Positions 26,760 through 35,493 of a DNA stretch of 43,535 nt are shown in pieces. The stretch comes from a virus (Duplodnaviria; Heunggongvirae; Uroviricota; Caudoviricetes). The position numbers and the translations under genes are program-made. The stretch lies in the IMG/VR virus record IMGVR_UViG_2740892272_000004. One strand, 5' to 3'. The notes beneath the pieces are model-generated. The model ran no database searches. It was not told where the DNA came from and saw nothing but the letters and a program-made list of their open reading frames with translations. Positions within the stretch are counted from its first letter, which is position 1; the number at the start of each line of letters is the position of its first letter.

Positions 26760-28332
26760 CCAGCATCCCCTTCATTTCCGCAGCAAACATGGCATCACTG
26801 AGCAGCGTCATCAGGCGGGAATCATCCATTTCACGGTAAAGGGCAGGCAGGTCTGCCAGTGCCTCCGCCAGCCCCCGCGTTCTGATGACATCAATGACCG
26901 GCTCCAGCACCGGATCGATGGCCTCCTGTAAGCGGCGGGCAGGCACCGCGTCCCCCATGTCGTCCAGTTCATCACGCGGCGTGTTTTTCGCTTCCGGCAG
27001 TCGGGCTGAAAGCGCCGTCTGTTCTGTCTTTTCCTGTTTTTCCGGTAGCGTTTCCCTGTCAGGCATGGCCGGTTCATTACTGCTCTGACGGACACGGAAT
27101 ATGGCTTCACCGGGCGTGGGCTGTGGAATACCGGTCTGATCCCGTACCCAGGGATCAGGAATATCCATCCCCGCACTGAGTTGCATCACCGCACTGGCTA
27201 TTTTGGTGATATCCCCCGGTTCTTTGGTCTGGAAACAGATACGCGGCAGGCGACGGATATCAATGGCGTGGGCGGTGTTCAGGGCATACAGCGGATACAC
27301 CAGATCGCGGTTCAGGGTTGCAGCCAGCTGGCGTAAATCAGAATCCCTGATTTCCCGGCGCACCTCGTTATGCACCTCACCCAGCGAGCGCGCGCCTTTG
27401 TCTCCGGCTTCTGTGGTCAGCGTGCCGCCGAGTATTGCTTTGGAGATGGAACGCTCACCCCACGAAATCATGGTTTCAAACGGATCGGCCTGACCGTTCG
27501 CTGCCGCCTGAAACTCCAGCGACATCCCGGCCGGGATGATCCCGCCTGTACGTCGCCCGATATCCATCACCGCCCGCATCAGGGCACTTTTCTGCTCCGG
27601 TGTTGCCCCGGACGGGTATTTCCCGACCTTCATTGGCAGGCCGTACACCTCCAGAAATTCCGCCAGATCGCGCACGGAATAGTTTTTGAAAATGAACGGC
27701 CAGATAAGCGTTCTGACAAGCCCCGTCGCACCACCGTAGCCGGTGCGTGAACGCGACTGATGCACTATCCAGCCAAAGGGCTGAAACGCCACCCCGGCAT
27801 GGCTGCCGTCACGCAGCCGCAGTTCGCTCAAATCATCCGGGTTAAGGCAGAAATGCCCGCTGTCACGCCAGCGGATGGCGCGGATGATGTGCATTTTACC
27901 GAGCATCCCGTGCTCAATTTCCATGCAGGAATAGCCCTTCAGGATGGCATCCGTGGCGTCAAACAGCATGGCATCAAACCAGTCTGCGGAATGCAGATAT
28001 TCGTCGAGCATTTCCGCGTCCTTTTTCTCATTCGCGCTGGCGTTCGGTGGCGGCTCAATACTCCATGGCACCCCCTGAATGGCAAGACGTCGCTTGCCCA
28101 GCTCCGCAAAAAGGTGGGTGTCCTTTTCTTCAATATCAGCGGCCAGATCGGACTGGGCAATCAGATCGCCACGTTCAGCCCCGCGAAGGCACTGCGCCGC
28201 CCGGTTCGGGGTGATACCCGAAGCCGGATGTTCAATATAACGGCTGGCAATCTGCGGAATATCCAGCGCGGCACTCTGCATCTCCGGGTCAAAGGAGAAA
28301 GGTTTTCCGTCAGTATCAATGATGCGTCCCAC
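26743..28332 (-). CDS. Portal protein (Mu gp29-like)
   Basis: 529 aa, directly downstream of the large terminase gene. Confidence 0.8.
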   Translation of the reverse strand: MGRIIDTDGKPFSFDPEMQSAALDIPQIASRYIEHPASGITPNRAAQCLRGAERGDLIAQSDLAADIEEKDTHLFAELGKRRLAIQGVPWSIEPPPNASANEKKDAEMLDEYLHSADWFDAMLFDATDAILKGYSCMEIEHGMLGKMHIIRAIRWRDSGHFCLNPDDLSELRLRDGSHAGVAFQPFGWIVHQSRSRTGYGGATGLVRTLIWPFIFKNYSVRDLAEFLEVYGLPMKVGKYPSGATPEQKSALMRAVMDIGRRTGGIIPAGMSLEFQAAANGQADPFETMISWGERSISKAILGGTLTTEAGDKGARSLGEVHNEVRREIRDSDLRQLAATLNRDLVYPLYALNTAHAIDIRRLPRICFQTKEPGDITKIASAVMQLSAGMDIPDPWVRDQTGIPQPTPGEAIFRVRQSSNEPAMPDRETLPEKQEKTEQTALSARLPEAKNTPRDELDDMGDAVPARRLQEAIDPVLEPVIDVIRTRGLAEALADLPALYREMDDSRLMTLLSDAMFAAEMKGMLDGSGD

Positions 28333-29999
28333 TACCAGCCCCCCCGATCAAATTCATGATATGCCTCATCGTCATCACGATAACCGCCCTCCATTGCCCG
28401 CGACCGCTCCTGTAGCGCCTGACAGGCTGATTCATCCAGGATGAAGCCCTCCATGTATGACGCCCGGTTTGCCATACAGAGCGCCACGGCAAAATCACCA
28501 TGGCGGCGGGCGTTCGCAGCCGTTGCGTTCTGGTCCTTCGTGCGCCCCTTGTCGATTTGCGGGATACCATTCACTACCTTCACATGGCGCAAATCATCAA
28601 GCGTGGTCTGATGGCGGGCGACGAGGATATTCTGATCTTCAAACTCGGCTTTCAGTTTTGGCATCCACTCGCCGTACCACTTCGGCGACAACATCACGCA
28701 GTCGATGATGTCCGGGCCAAAGGCCAGCAGTGCGGCCTCTGCCAGATAGCCGCCGTTACCGGTGGCGTCGAACGCCGCACCGACCAGCGCCGGAACGCGG
28801 GTCAGGATGTACATCATCACCTGTTCCTGCTGGGCATACGGCAGGTTGCGCAGCTCCACGCGAAACACCTCGCGCTTTGCCAGGGATTCGGTGATTTCCA
28901 GCAGCACAAAGCAGGACAGGTCACCGGTGCGGGCAAAGTCTTCCCCGAAGCTGAAGCGGGAACGGGGATTTAATTTCTCTAAAAGCGGTTTTAAATGTTC
29001 TTCACACCAGGTTAAAACTTCCGATTCACGCAGCCATGCGGCACGGCTGATGAAGTTGTCCGGGGCTTCAAACGTCAGAATCGGGATGTCGCGGATCATC
29101 GCCATTTCAATAAGCGCGTGGGGGATATAGGCACCGCCGGATTTTTTCGGGATACAGCCGTATTCCTCGTCGGCATCCTCACGGGTCGGGGCGTTTTTGT
29201 AGAGATCATCACGCCATTTCTGCTCGCTTTCCGGTGACCATTCCTGATCGGTGACGTAACAGATACGACGGTACAGCCCGTCCGCAATGGCATCATCCAG
29301 GGTTATGCGGTGGACGCTGTAATCCTTGCGCCCCTCGCGGGCTTCCTGAATGTACTGATTAAACAGATTATCGACGCCGTTATGCGTGGAGATAATACGC
29401 ACGCGCGCGCCCCACATAGTGAGCGCCATTGCCGCCTTGAGAAGCTCATCCAGTGACTCGTGGAACGCGGCTTCATCAATCACCACATCCCCCTGAAGGC
29501 CGCGCAGGTTTGACGGACGGGAAGACAATGCCTGAATTTTGAATCCACTGTTCGGAAAGCGGATCATGTAGGTCAAAATTTCTTCTTTTTTATCCCGATC
29601 CCAGAATGTCTGCTCATACACATCAGCATCTGCCAGCTGGTTAAAGGCACGGGAGAACAGCGCGCAGGCAGAAATATATTCCAGCGCCATCTCCTGCTTT
29701 GATCCCACATAAAACACATTGCGGCCACCACGACGCTTCGGTTTTGCAGCAGTAATGACGTTACGCCCGGCTTCCGCCCAGGTAAGACCGGTGCGGCGGG
29801 ATTTCTCCGCGATGCAGACCTGACTTTCATCTGCAAACCAGCGGGCCTGATAATCCAGAAACACCGGCATATCACCGGGCAAATCAAGGCTGTCCGGCAC
29901 ATCCACGCCCAGCAGGGCTTTTTCACCTGACAGATCAATTTTGCGGGGAGGCGTCATTTGCATCAGTGAAGGCGACGTTTCTCTGGCTTTGTTCATCAT
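28332..29999 (-). CDS. Terminase large subunit (Mu gp28-like)
   Basis: 555 aa with a Walker-A-like segment (AEKSRRTGLTW) and acidic nuclease-like region. Confidence 0.8.
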   Translation of the reverse strand: MMNKARETSPSLMQMTPPRKIDLSGEKALLGVDVPDSLDLPGDMPVFLDYQARWFADESQVCIAEKSRRTGLTWAEAGRNVITAAKPKRRGGRNVFYVGSKQEMALEYISACALFSRAFNQLADADVYEQTFWDRDKKEEILTYMIRFPNSGFKIQALSSRPSNLRGLQGDVVIDEAAFHESLDELLKAAMALTMWGARVRIISTHNGVDNLFNQYIQEAREGRKDYSVHRITLDDAIADGLYRRICYVTDQEWSPESEQKWRDDLYKNAPTREDADEEYGCIPKKSGGAYIPHALIEMAMIRDIPILTFEAPDNFISRAAWLRESEVLTWCEEHLKPLLEKLNPRSRFSFGEDFARTGDLSCFVLLEITESLAKREVFRVELRNLPYAQQEQVMMYILTRVPALVGAAFDATGNGGYLAEAALLAFGPDIIDCVMLSPKWYGEWMPKLKAEFEDQNILVARHQTTLDDLRHVKVVNGIPQIDKGRTKDQNATAANARRHGDFAVALCMANRASYMEGFILDESACQALQERSRAMEGGYRDDDEAYHEFDRGGW

Positions 30000-30244
30000 G
30001 CTTTACCTGTCAGAATGCTTTTGATTCGGGACTCAAGCTCTTCAGTCATCACGTCCACGCCGCTCAACTCATCAGTGGCAGCCTCTGCCAGCAGCGAATG
30101 CAGTTGTTCCAGGGATATTTCCCCGGCAATGCTGAGTTCAGTCAACTCACGACATACCTTTATGGTTTCAGGAGGTAACTGTGTTGCAAGACTGAATGCT
30201 TTCTGATGGGCACTGCTCATCAGTGAGCGGTTATCTGTTGCCAT
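29996..30244 (-). CDS. Small protein (82 aa) whose C-terminal ~25 aa duplicate the C-terminus of the upstream gp27-like protein
   Basis: C-termini ...TDELSGVDVMTEELESRIKSILTGKA and ...TDELRGVDGMSEQIEFRIRQMLLGKA are paralogous. Confidence 0.4.
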   Translation of the reverse strand: MATDNRSLMSSAHQKAFSLATQLPPETIKVCRELTELSIAGEISLEQLHSLLAEAATDELSGVDVMTEELESRIKSILTGKA

Positions 30245-30254
30245 GATTCACCTC

Positions 30255-30836
30255 CTACGCCTTACCCAGCAGCATCTGCCTGATACGGAATTCGATCTGC
30301 TCGCTCATGCCATCCACGCCGCGCAACTCATCGGTGACCGCATTCGCCATCTCTTCAGCAAATGCGGCCCGGATTTCTTTTTCACGCTTAATGCTGCGCT
30401 CGGCGGCACTTTCTGCACGCTGTGCCGACAGGAGGATGTCCTTAATAAGGCGCATATCCACATCGCTGTCGCTGTTCAGGGATTCGGTGGCGGCACGCAG
30501 ACGGCGGTACATCAGGGCACGGGACATCTCCAGAATCAGTGCCGTGGTTTCACCGGTCGGCTTATCCCCCAGTTCGGCCATCATGGCTTTTGTCTGCTCG
30601 CGTAAATCACGCAGATTACGGGCAATCAGCTCATTACGGGAGGCTTCCCGGCTGATGGCCGCCGGTGAGAGCTGCTGCTCTTCCGGCAGACCTGCTTCAC
30701 GGATCAGACGGTTGATTTCCTCGCGGATCTGGACCTGCGTCAGACGTTTTTCACGCAGCATTTCCAGCAGCGGCTTACGGATGCTGTCGGGGAGCAAATC
30801 CACCTTGCGTACACGGCCACGCGCTGGCTTATCCAT
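30255..30836 (-). CDS. Mu gp27-like protein (putative small terminase / DNA-binding)
   Basis: 193 aa, directly upstream of the large terminase gene. Confidence 0.5.
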   Translation of the reverse strand: MDKPARGRVRKVDLLPDSIRKPLLEMLREKRLTQVQIREEINRLIREAGLPEEQQLSPAAISREASRNELIARNLRDLREQTKAMMAELGDKPTGETTALILEMSRALMYRRLRAATESLNSDSDVDMRLIKDILLSAQRAESAAERSIKREKEIRAAFAEEMANAVTDELRGVDGMSEQIEFRIRQMLLGKA

Positions 30837-30838
30837 CG

Positions 30839-31129
30839 TTACCCCCTTGCGCGTGGTTTCTTCACACCCGGAACGGTGGCGCGGCCTTCCGCCACATCCT
30901 GACCCCGGCCGGTCAGTTCAGCGATGAAATAACCGTTAACAAGCGTGCGCTTACGCACCAGTCCCTGCTCGGCAAGCCAGGCAATGTGGGTATGAACGGT
31001 GTCGCGGGACACGCGGTGACCGTAATCATCCAGGCAGTCCTGAAGCACGGATTCGCCCAGTTCGCCGTTGTAATCCGCCAGCGACCGCAGAATGACAAGA
31101 CGCTGATCTTCAGTAATGAAATCACTCAT
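30839..31129 (-). CDS. Hypothetical protein (Mu gp26 position)
   Basis: 96 aa; synteny only. Confidence 0.4.
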   Translation of the reverse strand: MSDFITEDQRLVILRSLADYNGELGESVLQDCLDDYGHRVSRDTVHTHIAWLAEQGLVRKRTLVNGYFIAELTGRGQDVAEGRATVPGVKKPRARG

Positions 31130-31433
31130 TGTGTTTTTTCCTTACAGCCTGCTCCAGCAGCAGTTCGTTCTGATGGGAGACGGATTTCAGGGTGGCATTG
31201 GTGGCCTTAAGCTCACCGCGCAGGGTGGTGATTTCGATATTGAGTCTGTTCACCTCCTGCTGCGTGGGCAGGCCGGAAATCCGGCTCTCCACCCGCTCAA
31301 CCCGGTCGGAGAGTTTTTCAAAGGCCTCGCGGGGGACAAAGGTTTTGCGCATCAGCGCCATGAAGATCCCCCCGGCTGTGGCCGTTGCCGACAGGATCGG
31401 CACGACATAATCTTTAACGATGCTGACCCACAT
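31122..31433 (-). CDS. Hypothetical membrane/coiled-coil protein (Mu gp25 position)
   Basis: 103 aa with an N-terminal hydrophobic helix then a predicted coiled coil. Confidence 0.4.
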   Translation of the reverse strand: MWVSIVKDYVVPILSATATAGGIFMALMRKTFVPREAFEKLSDRVERVESRISGLPTQQEVNRLNIEITTLRGELKATNATLKSVSHQNELLLEQAVRKKHNE

Positions 31434-31641
31434 GACCGGCCTCCATGATGTTCTGGCAGTTCACACAACGGATGGCATCCGGCACGGCAACCAGACGGGC
31501 AGCCGGAATGTCACCCCCGCAGTCCGCGCATACACGCCTGCCCGGTGTCTCCGCCACCCGGCGCTTACGTGTCAGCCGGTCACAAAGGGCGCGTTCTGTT
31601 GCACGCTCCATGACTGCCTGAGCACAATCTGAATCATCCAT
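31414..31641 (-). CDS. TraR/DksA-family C4 zinc-finger protein (start at internal ATG, MDDSDCAQ...)
   Basis: C-terminal CADCGGDIPAARLVAVPDAIRCVNCQ matches the TraR/DksA C4 zinc-finger signature. Confidence 0.65.
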   Translation of the reverse strand: MDDSDCAQAVMERATERALCDRLTRKRRVAETPGRRVCADCGGDIPAARLVAVPDAIRCVNCQNIMEAGHVGQHR

Positions 31642-31651
31642 ACCTTTTTCC

Positions 31652-31978
31652 TTACTTCGTCTTTCCTGCCGGAACAGCAGTCGTTCCGGCCATATCAGTA
31701 AATTCATGCTGTCGCTGTGTCTCCAGACGGCGGATGCTGGCCTTGTCCACGTTGCAGTTTTTAATCACCGCCAGCAGTTGCAGGTTGTAAGTGACCGATG
31801 CACCAAACGTGAACGGCTGCGGCGCGGGAGGGACCAGGCAGTCAGCCAGCCATTCAGCGGGGATCGGCACCGGCTTCACCGGCACGTATTTCACAGACGG
31901 CCCGCCGCACCCGGTCAGCCACATCATCAGGCACAGGCACAGCGGCAGCAGGCACCGTTGCCAGTGACCGGCGGACAA
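31652..31978 (-). CDS. Putative outer-membrane spanin lipoprotein, probable TTG start, overlapping the i-spanin gene in another frame
   Basis: Signal-peptide-like segment ending in the lipobox LTGC, followed by a Pro-rich mature region. Confidence 0.45.
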   Translation of the reverse strand: MSAGHWQRCLLPLCLCLMMWLTGCGGPSVKYVPVKPVPIPAEWLADCLVPPAPQPFTFGASVTYNLQLLAVIKNCNVDKASIRRLETQRQHEFTDMAGTTAVPAGKTK

Positions 31979-32204
31979 TGCTCTGCTGTTCCTCGCTGTG
32001 CTGCATGTTCTGCTGTTTTTCATTCGTGGCCGCCTTGCTGATTTGTGAAATGAGTTGCAGGGTGCGTTGCTGGTTTGCCAGCACCAGACGGGCTTCGTCC
32101 CGTTCACGCACAAGCACATGATTATTGTCCTCAAGGCGCTGCGTCTTCTGGTGCATTCCCCATACCACGGCAGCCAGCACGCTCATCACCCCCAGCGCCG
32201 CCAT
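31854..32204 (-). CDS. Putative inner-membrane spanin, start uncertain
   Basis: Hydrophobic helix (ALGVMSVLAAVVWGM) followed by a charged coiled-coil-like region, immediately downstream of the endolysin. Confidence 0.4.
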   Translation of the reverse strand: MAALGVMSVLAAVVWGMHQKTQRLEDNNHVLVRERDEARLVLANQQRTLQLISQISKAATNEKQQNMQHSEEQQSIVRRSLATVPAAAVPVPDDVADRVRRAVCEIRAGEAGADPR

Positions 32205-32316
32205 ACAGCCTCCGGCAATCAGGGCCGGTAAGGGATTGTTCACCGCAGACACAGCACACCCCGCAGCAGCACAACGGCACACAGCAGCGCAATCATGAGC
32301 GGTCGCCAGAAGCGGT

Positions 32317-32817
32317 TCAGACTTTCGGCAAATCGTAACGACATAACCATTCATCCGCCGAACGGCGGGCCTCAAGACCGGGGAGTTTTACCCCCTTTGA
32401 ATAAATCCAGCGGATATACTGCTTACAGGACGCGGGCATCTGCCCGGCATTGATAAGGCGCAGGAGCGTGGAGTTGCGAAAGTTCGTTTCACCGGCCCAG
32501 AAAATCCAGGAGGCCAGCGCCACCGTCTGACCACGGGTAAGCGGCACCTGAACATGACGATCGATAGCCGCAAAGGCCCATTTCATGTCCTTTTCCAGCA
32601 GCTCCAGACACTCTTCATCAGTTTTTGTCATCCCCGGTTTCACATCCGGGCCGGTATGGCCGTAACAGATGGTGGGGGTGCCGGTGGGATCAATGTACGT
32701 GGTGTTTTCTTTCCCTTCCCAGTAGCCGGTGTAGTGCGTGGCAATGGTGAACGTCCCGGCTCCGGCCAGAACAAGGGCAATCAGCTTTTTACGCAGGGGT
32801 GCGGGGAGTTTTGGCAT
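32317..32817 (-). CDS. SAR endolysin (GH24 phage lysozyme with N-terminal signal-anchor-release domain)
   Basis: N-terminal Gly/Ala-rich weakly hydrophobic helix (LIALVLAGAGTFTIA), then the catalytic region YWEG...TYIDPTGTPTICYGHT typical of T4 E-type lysozymes. Confidence 0.85.
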   Translation of the reverse strand: MPKLPAPLRKKLIALVLAGAGTFTIATHYTGYWEGKENTTYIDPTGTPTICYGHTGPDVKPGMTKTDEECLELLEKDMKWAFAAIDRHVQVPLTRGQTVALASWIFWAGETNFRNSTLLRLINAGQMPASCKQYIRWIYSKGVKLPGLEARRSADEWLCRYDLPKV

Positions 32818-32888
32818 TGTTACGCTGTCTCATGGTGTTCTCTGAGTCAGCGTAACCGTGAGGAAAAGGGGGCAGGATTTGCGGAATA

Positions 32889-33311
32889 TCAGAAAAGCCG
32901 TGGCTGCGTGCGTTCCTGATGCAGGCGACGCTGGTTGCGGATAACGGAGTAAATCTGCGTCTCTGACATCTGGTAGTGGCGGCGCAGGGTTTCAATTTTT
33001 TCGCCCTGGCTCCAGCGGGAAAAAATTTCATTATTGCGCAGTTCGGTGAAAAGGGATTCACCGACCGGGAGATAATAACCACGCCCGCCCATGTACCCGG
33101 CCTGTGCGGCTGCAACCTTACGGGCAAGCATTCCCGCCTGAGCAGGTTCAATCCCCTGACGGTGCAGTTCAGCACTGATCACATCAACCAGGTCCCGCAG
33201 CGTGCCGGGCCAGTTCTTTTTCAGCTCATCATCAGGAATATCATCCAGACGGTCAATCAGCGCGTGCAGCTGTTCGCTGTCACCAAACATGCTCATCTGT
33301 GTTTCAGCCAT
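32889..33311 (-). CDS. Mor/C-family transcriptional activator
   Basis: 140 aa; C-terminal helix-turn-helix region (LRRHYQMSETQIYSVIRNQRR) and overall pattern resemble Mu Mor/C; lies between the gemA-like gene and the lysis genes. Confidence 0.7.
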   Translation of the reverse strand: MAETQMSMFGDSEQLHALIDRLDDIPDDELKKNWPGTLRDLVDVISAELHRQGIEPAQAGMLARKVAAAQAGYMGGRGYYLPVGESLFTELRNNEIFSRWSQGEKIETLRRHYQMSETQIYSVIRNQRRLHQERTQPRLF

Positions 33312-33381
33312 ACCCGCCTCCGGTCATCATTACACAGGGCAAGTTTAAAATAAAAATCCCGCGCTGTGGCGGGATTTGGGG

Positions 33382-33894
33382 TTAACGGGGGAATGATTTT
33401 TCATACAGCCTGCAAACACGCTCATAACTCATCACTGCACGTTCCGACATATCCAGGGCTGCCAGCATTTTGCGGCGGTGCCAGCGTTTGAGACGCTCCA
33501 GCACATCAGAGGCCAGCGCGGGTTGTTGCTCCAGCCACTGCCAGTTAGCCACACCTTCGCCGTCGTTCTGCGCGGCCGTCTGCGATTTCACCCAGCGGTT
33601 AAGGGCCGTTTCCCCGCCATCAGAGATAAATCCCTGCCGGTGCATCACTTTCCAGATGGCGCGAATTTTGGCGGTCACCGTACCCGGTTTTAAGGCCCGG
33701 TTAACCGGCTTCTGACGCACTTTAAAACCGCGTTTTTTGAAAACATCCAGCACGCGGGATAACTCACCGGGTGACATATCACGGCAACTGGATTTGCCGG
33801 TGGCTGCCAGCAGCGCGGATGTATAGGTATCATGGTCAAGCTGTAGATCGCGTTTTGCGACATGTATTAAGGTAATCAGGGAAGCGCGATTCAT
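33382..33894 (-). CDS. GemA/gp16-like regulatory protein
   Basis: 170 aa directly upstream of the Mor/C gene, the Mu gemA position. Confidence 0.45.
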   Translation of the reverse strand: MNRASLITLIHVAKRDLQLDHDTYTSALLAATGKSSCRDMSPGELSRVLDVFKKRGFKVRQKPVNRALKPGTVTAKIRAIWKVMHRQGFISDGGETALNRWVKSQTAAQNDGEGVANWQWLEQQPALASDVLERLKRWHRRKMLAALDMSERAVMSYERVCRLYEKSFPR

Positions 33895-33904
33895 TATCGT
33901 GGCT

Positions 33905-33936
33905 CCATAAAAAATGGGCGGTGTTACCGCACCGCC
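33905..33936 (-). terminator. Putative intrinsic terminator on the minus strand (GGCGGTG-loop-CACCGCC followed by a T-run)
   Basis: Minus-strand read: GGCGGTGCGGTAACACCGCC then CATTTTTTAT; lies about 9 kb from the prophage left end. Confidence 0.4.
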
Positions 33937-33964
33937 ATGTCAATTAACATAAAAGGAAAAATCT

Positions 33965-34204
33965 ATGTCAGATATAAAAAATGCACTTGATGTTGCCGCA
34001 TTCACAATGGCTGGAAATCTTATGGTAACCCTGTTCGATAAGGGGCTGATTTCCCGTGAGGAGGCAATACATATTATCAATCTCGCTCAAAAAAACTCTA
34101 CCCCGGAAAATGCAGAAGATATCCAGGATGGCTCATATATTAATACCGACTGGCATTTCGACAATCTCCGGGCCTGTATGGGGATTACCGCTGAAAAAGA
34201 TTAA
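33965..34204 (+). CDS. Hypothetical small protein (79 aa), opposite strand to the early operon, AT-rich
   Basis: ATG preceded by AAGGA; AT-rich composition distinct from neighbouring prophage genes. Confidence 0.4.
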   Translation: MSDIKNALDVAAFTMAGNLMVTLFDKGLISREEAIHIINLAQKNSTPENAEDIQDGSYINTDWHFDNLRACMGITAEKD

Positions 34205-34472
34205 AAATTTTTGCATAATGTTCAGATGTAAGAATTGCTGAACCATCAACACCGAGCCTACGGCGAACGTATTCCTCGCGGGCTATTTTATTATCCAGAG
34301 ATACAGCATCCTTAATCAGGTTAATCTCCCGCTCCATTATCAAAAGGGCTTCTCTGGCTGCAAGATTTTCTTTTATCGCATATTCGATAATGTCCCGCAT
34401 ACGTTCAAGCATGCCGATTTTAGCCAGTTCTTCGTCGATAGATTTAGGCGCAAATTTGATTTCTTTTTCCAT
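34185..34472 (-). CDS. Hypothetical helical charged protein (95 aa from ATG 34472), AT-rich
   Basis: ORF with ATG at 34472 (track start at 34487 is a GTG); convergent with, and overlapping by ~20 bp, the plus-strand ORF. Confidence 0.4.
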   Translation of the reverse strand: MEKEIKFAPKSIDEELAKIGMLERMRDIIEYAIKENLAAREALLIMEREINLIKDAVSLDNKIAREEYVRRRLGVDGSAILTSEHYAKIFNLFQR

Positions 34473-34473
34473 A

Positions 34474-34617
34474 TTATTCATCCTCACAATTTATACATGC
34501 AGTGTCGTCGCCCATATCGCAGTGGTTACATTTTATCTCACCACAATGTGGGCACTCTTTCAGATACTCCGGGTCCTCATTTCCACAGGTGGGACATTCA
34601 ACAATTTGCTCATCCAT
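34474..34617 (-). CDS. Small Cys-rich zinc-ribbon protein (47 aa; MDEQIVECPTCGNEDPEYLKECPHCGEIKCNHCDMGDDTACINCEDE)
   Basis: Not in the ORF track because under 60 aa. Four CxxC-type pairs; start overlaps the stop of the upstream ORF and the stop overlaps the next start, indicating translational coupling. Confidence 0.45.
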   Translation of the reverse strand: MDEQIVECPTCGNEDPEYLKECPHCGEIKCNHCDMGDDTACINCEDE

Positions 34618-34942
34618 TATGTATCCCCTGTAATTCCGGCAAGGCCGAAAGATGGCACCAGTGCGTCACCTGTCCGTCCTCATCTTCAAGGCAGGCTCCG
34701 GTTTCTTCATCAATAAAAAAGCCTTCATACCCCATATGGCCGATGCGCAGTTCCTGTTGGTCACCATACTGAACAATCAGCACGACAGCCTCCATATCAG
34801 GCGGAAATGCGTCATCCAGTGAATGCCAGGGATAACCGCGCAAATCCCCGAAATAAACGCCGGTCAGCGTTCCGCCACAGAGCGGCATTCCGGCGGCACA
34901 CACAAGAGGTTCATCTGATTCAACAAATAAGGTCGTTATCAT
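34610..34942 (-). CDS. Hypothetical protein (110 aa)
   Basis: ORF in the early-operon orientation, translationally coupled to neighbours. Confidence 0.4.
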   Translation of the reverse strand: MITTLFVESDEPLVCAAGMPLCGGTLTGVYFGDLRGYPWHSLDDAFPPDMEAVVLIVQYGDQQELRIGHMGYEGFFIDEETGACLEDEDGQVTHWCHLSALPELQGIHNG

Positions 34943-35490
34943 GGCGTTAACTCCCGTAATACAGCGTCCTCGGCAGTCCGGCGACGGTAATAAACTGCGT
35001 GAGCAGAATGTTCAGATATTCCAAACTTTTCGCCAATTTCCCGGAATGACAGACGGCGTGGGTAATCGGAATCACGCAGCTCACGTATAAGACGTACATC
35101 ATCATCAGATATGCGCGTGCCGGGGCGTAACTCTCCGCACTTTGTTAATCCAGCACCAATCATTCCTGCCCGACATCTGACAGAATCTTTATTACGTCCG
35201 AGATATTCTCCCATTTGCTGGCAGGTCATTGTTCTGGCATTTTTTCGAATAAACTTATCTTCATCAGGTGTAAATCTTGGGTGTTTATATTTCAGTAACT
35301 CCGGGTATGAACTGCGCAATACACCAGTCCGGTTATATACAGCCCAGACAGTTCTTTTTATTCTGGCAGCAATATCCTTAACCGGGGTGGATGAATAAAG
35401 CGCAATCAGCAGCGCATCTTCTTCAGGTGTCCACGGACGGACATGAGCGGGGGCGCGACCTTTTAGTCCCATGGGTTGTAATTTCATCAT
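34939..35490 (-). CDS. Hypothetical DNA-binding protein with three tandem helix-turn-helix-like repeats
   Basis: Three internally repeated segments (WTPEEDALLIALY..., FTPDEDKFIRKNA..., ISDDDVRLIRELR...) each resembling a small HTH unit. Confidence 0.45.
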   Translation of the reverse strand: MMKLQPMGLKGRAPAHVRPWTPEEDALLIALYSSTPVKDIAARIKRTVWAVYNRTGVLRSSYPELLKYKHPRFTPDEDKFIRKNARTMTCQQMGEYLGRNKDSVRCRAGMIGAGLTKCGELRPGTRISDDDVRLIRELRDSDYPRRLSFREIGEKFGISEHSAHAVYYRRRTAEDAVLRELTP

Positions 35491-35493
35491 GCA

